DNA from: Patescibacteria group bacterium
GTDB lineage: Bacteria > Patescibacteriota > Minisyncoccia > Phycocordibacterales > Phycocordibacteraceae
Length of the DNA stretch: 64,000 nucleotides
Reading direction: 5' to 3'
NCBI GenBank assembly: GCA_040384705.1
Contig: JAZKIU010000001.1
Coordinates: 89,907 to 153,906 of the forward strand
Shown here: positions 37,979 through 50,090 of the stretch, in pieces
Layout of the letters: every line of letters starts with the position of its first letter
Numbering within the stretch: position 1 is the stretch's first letter
Translations under genes and position numbers: made by a program
The notes under the pieces: generated by a model
Databases searched by the model: none
What the model was told of the DNA's origin: nothing
What the model saw: only the letters and a program-made list of their open reading frames with translations

Positions 37979-40615
37979 TTGCCCGCTACGATGCAGGCAA
38001 TGAAAAAATCACTCACATCCATCTTAGTGCTCGCGACGATATTCGGGCAGGTCCCAGCTCAAGTATTCGCTCAAACACCGGAGGAACCCTGCGTATACGA
38101 TGCCGATTTCAATCAACGCTGCCTGCAGGATGACGGAAGCATCCTGGAGATTCCGAATCCATTCTTCGAAGCGCGCGAAGCGCTTCGTGCGAGGGCTTCT
38201 ACGCTCGCGCTCTCTGCCTCTTGGAATGGGACAGGTGTTGCTTCTGTAACATCTCTCCCGATCGACACCGACGGCACGCTATCCGTATCCTATGTGCCGC
38301 ACCCGCAATCCATCACCATATGGGGTCGTAGCGCAGTGTTCGCGGACGTTCTCGCGTCGTCGACCCTGATGGCAAGCGTATTTGAGGGCGAGCTCGGGTC
38401 GAGTACGCTTGTCGCAGTGCAGGCCGCTTCGCACGATAGCGAAACCCAGTTACCCCTACACTTTGCTCGTGCAGGGAAGTATGTCATCGCGCTCACTGCT
38501 AACTTCCCGGATAGCGAAGAGGGCAGCGTGCCTGGGTTTACTGCAGATGCATTATGCGTGGGCGCAGAAGGCGATATATGCGCTACTCCCTCGTTCCCAT
38601 TCGATACATTCCGTTCGTTCGTCGAGAAAGGAAAGGAGCAGGAAGGAAGTGCGACAGGGGTTGGTGACTTCACCCCACCTATTCTCGGATTGCTTGAGAT
38701 AGAAGTGTCTGAAGGTGTAGTGACTGGAGCATCGAATGTCCTGTTCATTCCAGGATTCACGGCGAGCAGATTGTATACCAAGGAAGCGGGCGGGGATGAG
38801 CGTCGCTTGTGGGAGCCGAACGGCAGCGATGATGTGCGTGACCTGGCCTTGCTTCCGAATGGGACGAGCCCGCTTGCGGTCTATACGCGCGATATAGTCG
38901 ACTCCATCCTCGGTCTTCCTTTCGGGTTCACGGTGCATAAGAAGTTCATGGAGTATCTCGGTGGACTCAAGACTGAAGGAAAGATAGTGGACTGGAAAGG
39001 ATACCCGTACGACTGGCGCTATGACGTATTCGATGTGGTCGATAACGGTGCGCTTAAGGAGGATGGTTCTCGTGAATATCTAGAAACCGTCGTAGAAGGC
39101 CTCGCGGCATCTTCTAAGAACGGAAAGGTGGCAATTGTCGCGCATTCGAACGGCGGTCTGGTGGCGAAGGCGCTCCTGGTGCGGCTCCAAGCGGAAGGGA
39201 AGATGCATCTGGTAGATAAGCTGATACTTATCGCTTCCCCGCAGGCAGGCACTCCCAAGGGATTGTTCAGTCTCATGCACGGGCGAGATAAGCTCCTCAA
39301 CTACATCATTCCAGCTCCCGTGCTCCGTGCGACCATTACCACGCTTCCTGGGGCGTACGCGCTCGCGCCGTCGAACGCATACTTCGAAGAAGGACCGATG
39401 CCACTCGCGAGATTTCTCGCTGGGGGTAAGACTGACGGATTTGTCACGAGGTTCGGCGCAACGCTGGATTCTGCGGCTGAAGCCAGAAGCTTCGAACTGA
39501 ATGACCCAGTGTCACGTCCGGTGCCATCCGTTAACGACACGGGCACGCCCTTGCCACTTTCTTCAGCCTTGGTCGAGAAAATGGAAACGACGCATGCCAT
39601 TCTGGACGCATGGAGCGCTCCAACAGGAGTGGAGGTGTACGAGATAGCAGGGTGGGGTCAGCCGACTATCACCAGCGCCTCCTACTACACCATCAACGGT
39701 CCTTGCCCGGAGAGTCCGCTCTTCTGTACACGTCCGGTCATCGAATATGGCCCGCGCATATCAAGCGATGGTGATGAGACGGTCATGTCATCGAGTGCTT
39801 TGCTGCAGGGGAAGGGGAAGTATTTCAACCTCTCCAAATTAAATGAGGACTTCGATCAGAACCGGAAACATCTAAATATTACGGAATCTGAATTCACTCA
39901 TGAATACATTGGCAATGTCCTAGGTTTGGAAACCTCGTATGACCAGACCCTATTTGCTGAAGGGAAGCCTACAGTGTTCGCCCCCATCACTATAGTAGGA
40001 ATCCATTCACCCGCTGTTCTTCTCGCAAAGGATTCATCGGGAAATGAGACGGGTATATTCGCGAATCCAGCCAGTGATTTGATGTACGTGAAGGAAGAAA
40101 TTCCGGGCAGCAGTGTACAGTTGGGTGGAGAAGGTAAGTATCTCGTACTCCCGAAGACAGGAGCATACAGCCTTGCGATAGAAGGAACAGGAAGCGGAAC
40201 ATTCGATCTCACCTTCTCGAATGAGAATGGCCAGATGTTCAAGGAATTCAAAGGCCTTCCAGTGTCATCTTCAACCGAGGCAACATTATCGCTGTCGGGT
40301 ACGAACGTGGGTCAATTATCACTTGATGTGGATGGAGATGGTCAAGTCGATGCGAAGGTAAATGACAAGCTAACGCGTAAGGATGCGATAGCGATATGTA
40401 AGAAGGAAATTGGTCGCGTACCAACCATCTTCATACGACTGTATCTCGCGCTTGTTATTAGTAATATCGAGCTACAGGGGAAGGACGATAAAAAGTTCCT
40501 GAATTACATCACGGAAATAAGAAAGTATGTTCAAGCACAGATTAAAGCTATCCCCTCGCAACGTGCTGCAGGCATTGCGACCTGCATCAATGCACTGGAG
40601 AATAGCAAGAAGTAA
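37979..40615 (+). CDS. Large secreted alpha/beta-hydrolase (lipase/esterase-like, GHSxG nucleophile elbow) with C-terminal beta-rich domains
   Basis: Signal peptide MPATMQAMKKSLTSILVLATIFGQVPAQVFA; VAIVAHSNGGLVAKALL nucleophile elbow as in PGAP1/LCAT-like lipases; 878 aa. Confidence 0.7.
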   Translation: MPATMQAMKKSLTSILVLATIFGQVPAQVFAQTPEEPCVYDADFNQRCLQDDGSILEIPNPFFEAREALRARASTLALSASWNGTGVASVTSLPIDTDGTLSVSYVPHPQSITIWGRSAVFADVLASSTLMASVFEGELGSSTLVAVQAASHDSETQLPLHFARAGKYVIALTANFPDSEEGSVPGFTADALCVGAEGDICATPSFPFDTFRSFVEKGKEQEGSATGVGDFTPPILGLLEIEVSEGVVTGASNVLFIPGFTASRLYTKEAGGDERRLWEPNGSDDVRDLALLPNGTSPLAVYTRDIVDSILGLPFGFTVHKKFMEYLGGLKTEGKIVDWKGYPYDWRYDVFDVVDNGALKEDGSREYLETVVEGLAASSKNGKVAIVAHSNGGLVAKALLVRLQAEGKMHLVDKLILIASPQAGTPKGLFSLMHGRDKLLNYIIPAPVLRATITTLPGAYALAPSNAYFEEGPMPLARFLAGGKTDGFVTRFGATLDSAAEARSFELNDPVSRPVPSVNDTGTPLPLSSALVEKMETTHAILDAWSAPTGVEVYEIAGWGQPTITSASYYTINGPCPESPLFCTRPVIEYGPRISSDGDETVMSSSALLQGKGKYFNLSKLNEDFDQNRKHLNITESEFTHEYIGNVLGLETSYDQTLFAEGKPTVFAPITIVGIHSPAVLLAKDSSGNETGIFANPASDLMYVKEEIPGSSVQLGGEGKYLVLPKTGAYSLAIEGTGSGTFDLTFSNENGQMFKEFKGLPVSSSTEATLSLSGTNVGQLSLDVDGDGQVDAKVNDKLTRKDAIAICKKEIGRVPTIFIRLYLALVISNIELQGKDDKKFLNYITEIRKYVQAQIKAIPSQRAAGIATCINALENSKK

Positions 40616-40617
40616 GC

Positions 40618-41049
40618 ATGAGATTTAAATCCTTATTTATAGTTGCAGGCGCGTTTGCAACGACAACTGCAGTCTATCTAATCTGGCCGGAATGGTTTGG
40701 ATTTTGTGCCCCACACCAAACTTCAAAAGGTCTAATTTGCTCATCCCCCTATGGCTATCCATACGGAGTTACTCTACTACCGCTCTCGCTCGCACTCTTA
40801 GGCGCCTCTCTCCTAGCTTTCTTCACAAGCGGGAAGACATTCAGGCGGTGGGCACGGTTCACACTCTGGTACGGCATCATTGCGGCCCTCATAACACTCA
40901 TTGTGCCTAATATAGGTATAAACGGAGGATTCGTATCACTCCCGCTCGTTGAGCTGCATATACTCGCTCAGATGCTGGCTTGGCTATATGTAGGCATATC
41001 GGTACTCCTTCTAGGTATTTCTGAGCTCATGAGCCGCCGGAAAGGATAG
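40618..41049 (+). CDS. Hypothetical membrane protein (4 TM)
   Basis: 143 aa hydrophobic ORF 2 nt after the lipase-like gene. Confidence 0.5.
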   Translation: MRFKSLFIVAGAFATTTAVYLIWPEWFGFCAPHQTSKGLICSSPYGYPYGVTLLPLSLALLGASLLAFFTSGKTFRRWARFTLWYGIIAALITLIVPNIGINGGFVSLPLVELHILAQMLAWLYVGISVLLLGISELMSRRKG

Positions 41050-41071
41050 GGCAAGCAAATACCTGGATGAT

Positions 41072-41100
41072 TTGCATTTATATAGGCCTTTATATATAGT
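41072..41100 (+). promoter_or_regulatory. Putative sigma-70 promoter of rpsL (TTGCAT-17-TATAGT)
   Basis: -35/-10 hexamers with 17 nt spacer about 35 nt upstream of rpsL. Confidence 0.45.
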
Positions 41101-41135
41101 GTGCCTAACTCCCACGGGGGAGTTTTCATTTCGAA

Positions 41136-41546
41136 ATGGCAACCATCAACCAGCTCACGAAGAAGGCACGTAAGCCACTGACCCGCAAAACGAAGGTCGT
41201 GGCTCTTGGACGTGGCTTCAACACCCTTAAGAACCGCCCTACCTTCTATTCGGCGCCGTTCAAGCGTGGCGTGTGTGTGAAGGTCACCACCAAGACTCCC
41301 CGCAAGCCTAACTCCGCTATCCGTAAGATAGCTCGCGTGCGCCTCACCAACGGGATGGAAGTCACTGCCTACATCCCAGGCGAGGGCCACAACCTCCAGG
41401 AGCACTCCGTGGTCATGCTCCGCGGTGGTCGCGTGAAGGACATCGGTGTCCAGTACACCATCGTCCGCGGTCGCCTCGACACTGCAGGTCTTGATAAGCG
41501 CCGCCGTTCCCGTTCCCGTTACGGTGCTAAGAAGCCTAAGGCGTAG
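41136..41546 (+). CDS. rpsL: 30S ribosomal protein S12
   Basis: [10 protein letters not shown]...[16 protein letters not shown] canonical S12. Confidence 0.95.
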   Translation: MATINQLTKKARKPLTRKTKVVALGRGFNTLKNRPTFYSAPFKRGVCVKVTTKTPRKPNSAIRKIARVRLTNGMEVTAYIPGEGHNLQEHSVVMLRGGRVKDIGVQYTIVRGRLDTAGLDKRRRSRSRYGAKKPKA

Positions 41547-41561
41547 TTTTCATATACCACC

Positions 41562-42026
41562 ATGCGACACCCCGTAAAGAACAAATACCCGCGCCGCCCT
41601 GACCTCGTCTATGGTTCGGAGGCTATTTCACGCTTCATCAACACCGTCATGTGGGACGGCAAGAAGGATACTGCCCGCAAGATCGTCTACGATGCGCTCG
41701 ACCTCATCAAGGCGCAGGAGATGGATCCACTCGAGACCTTCGAGACCGCTATCCGCAACGTTTCTCCGCTCATGGAGGTCCGCTCCCGTCGCGTCGGTGG
41801 CGCTAACTACCAGGTCCCGCGCGAAGTGCCGCAGCAGCGCCGCGTCTCCCTCGCGTACCGTTGGCTCATCAACTCCGCTCGCGCCAAGAAGGGCAAGCCT
41901 ATGGCAGCGAAGCTCGCGGAGGAAATCCTCCTCGCCGTTAAGAACGAAGGTACGGCGATCAAGAAGAAGGACGACATGCACCGTATGGCCGAGGCCAACA
42001 AGGCATTCGCCCACTTCGCTTGGTAA
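41562..42026 (+). CDS. rpsG: 30S ribosomal protein S7
   Basis: Canonical S7 sequence, 154 aa. Confidence 0.95.
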   Translation: MRHPVKNKYPRRPDLVYGSEAISRFINTVMWDGKKDTARKIVYDALDLIKAQEMDPLETFETAIRNVSPLMEVRSRRVGGANYQVPREVPQQRRVSLAYRWLINSARAKKGKPMAAKLAEEILLAVKNEGTAIKKKDDMHRMAEANKAFAHFAW

Positions 42027-42033
42027 GAAGTAC

Positions 42034-42057
42034 AAACCGCCCGAAAGGGCGGTTTTG
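42034..42057 (+). terminator. Rho-independent terminator after rpsG
   Basis: AAACCGCCC-gaaa-GGGCGGTTTTG. Confidence 0.65.
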
Positions 42058-42356
42058 CGTAACGCACCCTCCTCCCTTGTATTTATGCCTTCCAGGCGTA
42101 GGGTGAACACGGAGGCAGTTTTCATGGAGATTCATTATGTATTGCCATCATCATCCAAGGTGTCCCGCTCTTCCGAGCGGTACGGATGAAGCCGGACTCA
42201 GGTGCGGCCCGCGAAGCGGCGAATGCACCGGAAACGTGTGTCGGAAGAACGGGTTCCGGCCGGAACCCGAGCCGATTCCGGAACTCGGTCTCAATCTCGA
42301 GCCCTATCGAGCCGACGGCTCGCGCTACTACTAGCAAGAAAAAGAACGGAAAACGA

Positions 42357-42386
42357 AGAGGCGCCACCGGGCGCCTCTGTTTTTAT
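42357..42386 (+). terminator. Rho-independent terminator
   Basis: AGAGGCGCC-acc-GGCGCCTCT followed by GTTTTTAT. Confidence 0.6.
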
Positions 42387-42443
42387 GGACGGAGTTAAAG
42401 AAAAGCGCGTCCCGAGGGGCGCGCTTCCTTCTAGTAGAACGAC

Positions 42444-42770
42444 CTACTCAAGTTCCGAGAACTCCGATTGCTTTCGAGCGAGCAGCAGTGCGTTCCATGC
42501 GCCCGAGACATCAGAGAAGTTGAAGGGGCTGGCCGTGAGATCGCGAGCGTATCCTTCACGAATCCAGAATTGCCCGCTCATGGGGTCGAAGACGATTGTG
42601 TACGGCCATGCGGTGCTTGGCCGGTCTCCATGGATGAAAACAGGACTATCGTCATGGATAAGGTCGATGAAGATAGTGACCGCCTCCTGATTCCGGTCAT
42701 TTGCAACGCCTGCCCGCTTAAACCCCCAGCATTTGAGCCAACCTCCATACCTGCATTTGCACGTGAACAT
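42444..42770 (-). CDS. Hypothetical protein
   Basis: 108 aa ORF with balanced protein-like composition. Confidence 0.4.
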   Translation of the reverse strand: MFTCKCRYGGWLKCWGFKRAGVANDRNQEAVTIFIDLIHDDSPVFIHGDRPSTAWPYTIVFDPMSGQFWIREGYARDLTASPFNFSDVSGAWNALLLARKQSEFSELE

Positions 42771-42813
42771 GCTCTTCTCCTGAGCTAACTCTTCCGTATT
42801 TCACCCTACACCT

Positions 42814-43125
42814 ATGCAGAAAAAGCGGGAAGAGGACCCGGTGCGTATATACTGGAGCCACATGGACGAGGTAGTATTCGACTCCGAAAAGGATCCTGCG
42901 CTCATGCGTCGGTCGAATGCGAAGCGTGCAGGGCTTCCGCTCGGGCAATTGATAACTCCCGGACCCAAGAAGGATGAGGGCAAGATGGAGAAGGTGGTGC
43001 TTGGCGTGCTTGGAACGGTGCTCGCTACGTCAGTATTCGTAGCGTTCAAGACGCAGCCGACGGAGATCGTGGTACTTACGCCTATCGACGCGAGCGTTAT
43101 CAATCCGGCCATCATCAAGCAGTAG
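42814..43125 (+). CDS. Hypothetical protein with C-terminal TM helix
   Basis: 103 aa; ends 2 nt before the pilin gene. Confidence 0.4.
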   Translation: MQKKREEDPVRIYWSHMDEVVFDSEKDPALMRRSNAKRAGLPLGQLITPGPKKDEGKMEKVVLGVLGTVLATSVFVAFKTQPTEIVVLTPIDASVINPAIIKQ

Positions 43126-43127
43126 AC

Positions 43128-43601
43128 ATGGAACGCTCAACCAATCGTGGGTTCACCCTCATCGAGCTTCTCGTGGTCATCGCTATCATCGGCATCCTCT
43201 CGTCGGTAGTGCTCTCCTCGCTAAATGTCGCCCGCAACAAGGCGAACGATGCCCGCAGGCGTTCCGATGTGAGCCAGCTTATCAAGTCCATAAACAGCTA
43301 CTACAGCAGCACCGGTTCCTTGCCGCGCACGTCGGGGTGGTGCACCTACGTCTCGAACCCGACGAGCGGCATGGGCGCGGCGTTCCAGTCCGATCTCATC
43401 CCGACGTATATCTCCAAGATGCCACTCGATCCGTTCTATGCGAACCAGACAGGCGATTATTTCTATGCGAACGAGAACGATAACAGCGGGCGCTTCACGG
43501 TCTGCGCCGTACTTAACCAGGATCCGGGCACATCCGAGCCCTCGACCCTTACCGGCTGCGCCGGATGGACCACTTCGTATAATCACTGCGTGAGCCAGTA
43601 A
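43128..43601 (+). CDS. Type IV pilin (PilA-like major pilin)
   Basis: Prepilin signal MERSTNRG-FTLIELLVVIAIIGILSSVV (Gly-1/Phe+1/Glu+5), C-terminal Cys pair; 157 aa. Confidence 0.85.
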   Translation: MERSTNRGFTLIELLVVIAIIGILSSVVLSSLNVARNKANDARRRSDVSQLIKSINSYYSSTGSLPRTSGWCTYVSNPTSGMGAAFQSDLIPTYISKMPLDPFYANQTGDYFYANENDNSGRFTVCAVLNQDPGTSEPSTLTGCAGWTTSYNHCVSQ

Positions 43602-43635
43602 TAGTCGAGGGGCGCGGATTCTCATCCGCGCCCCA

Positions 43636-43962
43636 TCAATTCATCTGCATGCCCTTTAGCCCATTCGTGAAGCCGAAGGGTTCCAGATCCACAACTTCTC
43701 GTTTCTGCCATTTCTGGCCGCGGTCGTCATACGCGACCGTGAGACTGAAACCAACACCGAAGATGCCGCCATCTATGGCCATGAAGCACGGCTCGTTCTC
43801 TCCGAGCATTGGTAGCCGTAACCCTGTAGGCGGTCTACTCACCCCTTCTGTCGGTTCAAGGACATAGGCCCTGATTGCTTTTATTTTCGCCGAGGCTTCC
43901 TGGTCGGGCATGCGCTCGAAACCCAGCTCCTCCAGCTTATCGACGTACTTGCTTTGGGACAT
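43636..43962 (-). CDS. Hypothetical protein
   Basis: 108 aa ORF convergent with the pilin gene. Confidence 0.4.
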   Translation of the reverse strand: MSQSKYVDKLEELGFERMPDQEASAKIKAIRAYVLEPTEGVSRPPTGLRLPMLGENEPCFMAIDGGIFGVGFSLTVAYDDRGQKWQKREVVDLEPFGFTNGLKGMQMN

Positions 43963-44076
43963 CGCATTTCCTCCAAGAAACGTTCCGTGAGGAATCTAGC
44001 ACCTCGTTTGCTTTTTGTCCCCGTTTTCCGTATCTTATGACTAACGCCTCGGCGGCTTTTTACTTTAATTACCTAT

Positions 44077-46224
<2,148 letters not shown>

Positions 46225-46242
46225 TCTTACGTTCGTAAGGAC

Positions 46243-46273
46243 AAAGAGCCGCTTCAAGCGGCTCTTTGTTTTT
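46243..46273 (+). terminator. Rho-independent terminator after fusA
   Basis: AAAGAGCCGC-ttcaa-GCGGCTCTTT-GTTTTT. Confidence 0.7.
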
Positions 46274-46321
46274 GCCTGCGCGTGCTAGGATTCCGTCGGG
46301 ATAGAACAATAGGGGAATGGG

Positions 46322-46699
46322 ATGAAAGAAGACTTTGATTTGTACCCGCTCGTCATTTGGGTCGGGCCCACGAATATCGCCAGGCCCTCGTTCGAGAATC
46401 ACGAGGATTCCTATATCGTCAGCATTAGCTCGCTTGGGCCTTTCTACCTGGAAGCCCCGTACTCTCTAGAAGAGGCCGTGGGGCTACCCTTGCTTCGGGA
46501 AGCCGCCCATACCTATCGGTACGCCGGACCATCCCGAGTCCCATGCAGCCCTGAATTTGGCATGGACACCATAGATGGAGGCCAGGAGCTGAAGTGGTGG
46601 GAGGAGGCACCGCACGGTGTACCTCCGCTTCGTCTCGGAAGGGCAGGGCAAACGGCCAGTAAGGTTCCCCTTCGGCGCACGGGAAAGCGCAATTCATAA
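46322..46699 (+). CDS. Doubtful ORF (could instead be non-coding RNA) in a terminator-bounded 440 nt element
   Basis: 125 aa ORF, Pro-rich, weak coding look in its second half. Confidence 0.2.
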   Translation: MKEDFDLYPLVIWVGPTNIARPSFENHEDSYIVSISSLGPFYLEAPYSLEEAVGLPLLREAAHTYRYAGPSRVPCSPEFGMDTIDGGQELKWWEEAPHGVPPLRLGRAGQTASKVPLRRTGKRNS

Positions 46700-46707
46700 G
46701 GGTGCTA

Positions 46708-46734
46708 GGGCGGCCAAACGGCCGCCCTTTCCTT
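46708..46734 (+). terminator. Rho-independent terminator
   Basis: GGGCGGCC-aaac-GGCCGCCC-TTTCCTT. Confidence 0.65.
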
Positions 46735-46783
46735 ATCCCGAAGTGCTACTTTCCCTCTTTTTCCACCATGCTACCGTTTTGGT

Positions 46784-47257
46784 ATGAACACACGGAAAAA
46801 CCTGCTCCTGGGAGCGCTCCTGCTCATCGCTATAGCCGCAGCCGGGGCGCTGTATATGCGAGGGGACCTTGATTTCAAGAAGATGGAACTGGCTAAGATG
46901 CCGGAGGTAGCGGAAACGAACGATGCCGATCACGTGCATGCAGCAGAGGATTTCAGTTGGAAGTTCGAGGATGCTGGGGAAAAGGATGGTGCCCCGCAGA
47001 CCACCGTTACGCTTATGCACGGCACCGAAAGCAAGAAGGTGGGCACGTACACGGGCTCATGCGCGGAACTAGCTGCGGAGAATCTCCAGCCAGGCCAGGT
47101 CTCAGGAGTCCTTTGCTGGTTCGCGGGCGGAGGTGACGAGATTGGGGTGTTCGAGGAGGGGGGCGAGTACGTCGTTAAGGTGGGTCAGCAGGAGGAGTCG
47201 ACTGCGGAATCGAACGGTTTCCGAGGTGATTTCCGCACCGAGTTCACGCTCGAGTAG
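46784..47257 (+). CDS. Hypothetical secreted/membrane-anchored protein
   Basis: N-terminal signal/TM LLLGALLLIAIAAAGALY; 157 aa. Confidence 0.5.
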   Translation: MNTRKNLLLGALLLIAIAAAGALYMRGDLDFKKMELAKMPEVAETNDADHVHAAEDFSWKFEDAGEKDGAPQTTVTLMHGTESKKVGTYTGSCAELAAENLQPGQVSGVLCWFAGGGDEIGVFEEGGEYVVKVGQQEESTAESNGFRGDFRTEFTLE

Positions 47258-47300
47258 CCATCAATACGCCTGGGCGTGCCGGATAGGCATAGTGGTATAG

Positions 47301-47786
47301 TTGGATTGCTTCATGGATCGCAACTTACGAGGATTCACCGTCATAGAGTTGCTGATGGTCGTCGCGATCATCAGCTTACTGGTCGCGGTAGCCCTGACCT
47401 CGACGGGGATAGCGCGCGATAAAGCGAACGATGCGGGGATAAAGCAGCAGATCTCGAATATGCGTCCCGCGGCTGAATTGTATTACAGCACCAACGGATC
47501 GTATCGTGAGATCTGCAACCCGGCCCATATCACCGGCAAGATGTTCATCGCCGCCGTCAGGTTTGCGGGCCCGGGGGCGTCCGCCGCGTACTGCCTATCG
47601 GACATCTCGGAATACTATTACCTGGACTCGAATGGGAACATCGTGGTTGGACCGAAAGCAGCCATGCCGTCGAGATGGGCAGCGTCCGTAGAACTGCGCC
47701 AGGGCGGGTACTTCTGCGCGGATTACCGGGGTACCGCGAAGGTGACGAGCACCATGACCATCAGCCCTACGGACGTGGATTGCTGA
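47301..47786 (+). CDS. Type IV pilin
   Basis: Prepilin signal MDRNLRG-FTVIELLMVVAIISLLVAVAL, C-terminal Cys residues; 161 aa (start may be 47313). Confidence 0.8.
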   Translation: MDCFMDRNLRGFTVIELLMVVAIISLLVAVALTSTGIARDKANDAGIKQQISNMRPAAELYYSTNGSYREICNPAHITGKMFIAAVRFAGPGASAAYCLSDISEYYYLDSNGNIVVGPKAAMPSRWAASVELRQGGYFCADYRGTAKVTSTMTISPTDVDC

Positions 47787-47987
47787 TTAGGGCGCATTTC
47801 TTGACCTATCAATACTCTGGCTGTATCTTAGCTATTAACGCGAGTACGGCGCTCTTTTCAATGTTCCTCTCATAGGGAACTGGTGGAAAGCGCTGCGCGG
47901 GTAACGCCTACCGCCTTGGTCGCCTGTCTTTTAAAACAGGCAGGCGCGGCAAAGTTATAACTTTAGCTACCAGTAACTTACGAACCT

Positions 47988-49190
47988 ATGGCAGATGCAT
48001 TCGATCGCAGCAAGCCGCACATGAACGTGGGCACCATCGGCCACGTTGACCACGGCAAGACGACTCTTACGGCCGCTATCCTGAACGTCCTCAACCTCAA
48101 CTCCGCAGCAGGCTACAAGGCCCGCGCAGAGAAGGTCGAGAACATCGACAACGCTCCGGAAGAGAAGGCGCGTGGTATTACCATTGCGCTTCACCACTCG
48201 GAGTACGAGTCACCGAACCGCCACTACGCACACATCGATGCGCCGGGCCACGCTGACTACATCAAGAACATGATCACTGGTGCCGCCCAGATGGACGGCG
48301 CAGTCCTCGTGGTCGCGGCTACTGACGGCGCCATGCCGCAGACCCGTGAGCACATCCTTCTCGCCAAGCAGGTTGGTGTGCCGCGCCTCATCATCTTCCT
48401 CAACAAGGTAGATATGGTTGATGACGCGGACATGCTCGACCTCGTGGAGGAAGAGATGCGCGAACTCCTTACCAAGCAGGGCTACGACGGCGCAGCTACC
48501 CCGGTCATCCGTGGTTCTGGCTTGAAGGCACTCGAAGCGTCCGCAGCAGACGACCAGTGGGCGCTTAAGGTGAAGGAGCTCGTGGACACCATGGACACGT
48601 ACTTCCCGCAGCCAGAGCGCGAGCTCGACAAGCCGTTCCTCATGCCTATCGAGGACATCTTCTCGATCGAAGGTCGCGGAACCGTTATCACGGGCCGCAT
48701 CGAGCGCGGCGTCATCAAGGTCGGTGAGGAAGTCGAAATAGTCGGCCTCCACCCAACCGCGAAGACGACCGTCACCGGTATCGAGATGTTCAACAAGCAG
48801 CTCCAGGAAGGCCAGGCAGGCGACAACGCAGGTATCCTTCTCCGTGGTACGAAGAAGGAGGACGTGCACCGCGGCCAGGTCCTCGCGAAGTCAGGTTCGG
48901 TTACCCCGCACACCGACTTCGAAGCAGAGGTCTACGTCCTTTCCAAGGACGAAGGCGGGCGCCACACGCCGTTCTTCACGGGATACAAGCCGCAGTTCTA
49001 CATCCGCACCACGGATGTGACCGGCGAAGTGACCCTTCCAGACGGCAAGGAGATGGTAATGCCGGGCGACACCGTGACCTTCAAGGTCAAGCTCACCGCG
49101 CCTATCGCGCTCGAAGAGAACTTCCGTTTCTCCGTCCGCGAAGGTGGTAAGACGGTCGGCGCCGGCGTCGTGACCAAGATCACCGCGTAA
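47988..49190 (+). CDS. tuf: Elongation factor Tu
   Basis: [22 protein letters not shown] motifs; 400 aa. Confidence 0.95.
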   Translation: MADAFDRSKPHMNVGTIGHVDHGKTTLTAAILNVLNLNSAAGYKARAEKVENIDNAPEEKARGITIALHHSEYESPNRHYAHIDAPGHADYIKNMITGAAQMDGAVLVVAATDGAMPQTREHILLAKQVGVPRLIIFLNKVDMVDDADMLDLVEEEMRELLTKQGYDGAATPVIRGSGLKALEASAADDQWALKVKELVDTMDTYFPQPERELDKPFLMPIEDIFSIEGRGTVITGRIERGVIKVGEEVEIVGLHPTAKTTVTGIEMFNKQLQEGQAGDNAGILLRGTKKEDVHRGQVLAKSGSVTPHTDFEAEVYVLSKDEGGRHTPFFTGYKPQFYIRTTDVTGEVTLPDGKEMVMPGDTVTFKVKLTAPIALEENFRFSVREGGKTVGAGVVTKITA

Positions 49191-49211
49191 TAGCGTGCTA
49201 CCCTGACTCGT

Positions 49212-49574
49212 ATGGCAGCCACTAAAGCGAAGAAGACGGCGAAAAAGGACGCAAGCGCGCCCGCCGCGGAGCCAAAGCTTCGCATCCGTGTCCGCGCCTA
49301 CGAGCATAAGATCCTCGACCTCTCGGTGAAGCAGATCATGGATACGGCGAACCGCTTCGATGCGTCAATCGTCGGGCCCATCCCGCTTCCGACTGAGATA
49401 AAGCGCTGGACCGTGAACCGTTCGACGTTCGTCCACAAGGACGCGCGCGAGCAGTTCGAGATGCGTATCCACAAGCGCCTCATCGATATCATGTCCCCGA
49501 ACCCGAAGGTCATCGAGGCTCTCACGAATCTCAACCTTCCGTCCGGTGTCACGATCGATGTGAAGATGGTGTAA
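49212..49574 (+). CDS. rpsJ: 30S ribosomal protein S10 (with Lys/Ala-rich N-terminal extension)
   Basis: RIRVRAYEHKILDLSVKQIMDTANR...LPTEIKRWTVNRSTFVHKDAREQFEMRIHKRLIDI. Confidence 0.9.
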   Translation: MAATKAKKTAKKDASAPAAEPKLRIRVRAYEHKILDLSVKQIMDTANRFDASIVGPIPLPTEIKRWTVNRSTFVHKDAREQFEMRIHKRLIDIMSPNPKVIEALTNLNLPSGVTIDVKMV

Positions 49575-49596
49575 GCAATCTGCTTACGACCGAAGC

Positions 49597-49627
49597 AAAA
49601 CCGCCCGCGAGGGCGGTTTTGCTTTTC
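49597..49627 (+). terminator. Rho-independent terminator after rpsJ
   Basis: AAAACCGCCC-gcga-GGGCGGTTTT-GCTTTTC. Confidence 0.7.
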
Positions 49628-49673
49628 TAGATTATGTAATGCAGTATGACCCGCAGAAACAGGAGAATCTCTT

Positions 49674-50090
49674 ATGAGCGATATTACGTCTACCCGGCGT
49701 ACGGAATCGGCCTTGCTTGGAGCGGTGTCCATCACCCTGCTCTCAGTTTTGGTGGTCGCCAACATCCCACTGTTCGATGGGTTTCTTTCGGACATCGCCT
49801 GGGGCTTCCGCTTCGCGTGGACGATGTTCCTGGTCAGCCTCATCGGGTTCATGTTCGTGCCGTGGGAGGCGAAGCCATTACTGCGGCGGCTCGGCTCCTA
49901 TGTTCTCGTGCCGGCTGCGACAGGCCTCCTCTTCTACGGCGTGACGCAACTGCGCTCAGCCATGAGCTCGCCCGGCGAAGAGATGGAGATGTGTCTCTTC
50001 CTTGCGAACGCCGTGCTGCCTTGGGGACAGGTGATGTTCATTCCCATGGCCGTCATCATCTTCCTCATCAGTCGTCGGCACAGAGCCTAG
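49674..50090 (+). CDS. Hypothetical membrane protein (4 TM)
   Basis: 138 aa hydrophobic ORF. Confidence 0.5.
   Translation: MSDITSTRRTESALLGAVSITLLSVLVVANIPLFDGFLSDIAWGFRFAWTMFLVSLIGFMFVPWEAKPLLRRLGSYVLVPAATGLLFYGVTQLRSAMSSPGEEMEMCLFLANAVLPWGQVMFIPMAVIIFLISRRHRA

Noticed and set aside
42058-42390. SRP (4.5S) RNA assignment
   Set aside because: The domain IV consensus AGGUCAGGUCCGGAAGGAAGCAGCC is not present. Only loose GGAA/CCGG similarity was seen.
46273-46734. Identification of the element as tmRNA or RNase P RNA
   Set aside because: I saw no tRNA-like 3' domain (T-arm plus CCA), no tag-peptide reading frame ending in ALAA-like residues, and no P4 GGAAAGUCC / ACAGAA motifs. It is left as an unassigned candidate.
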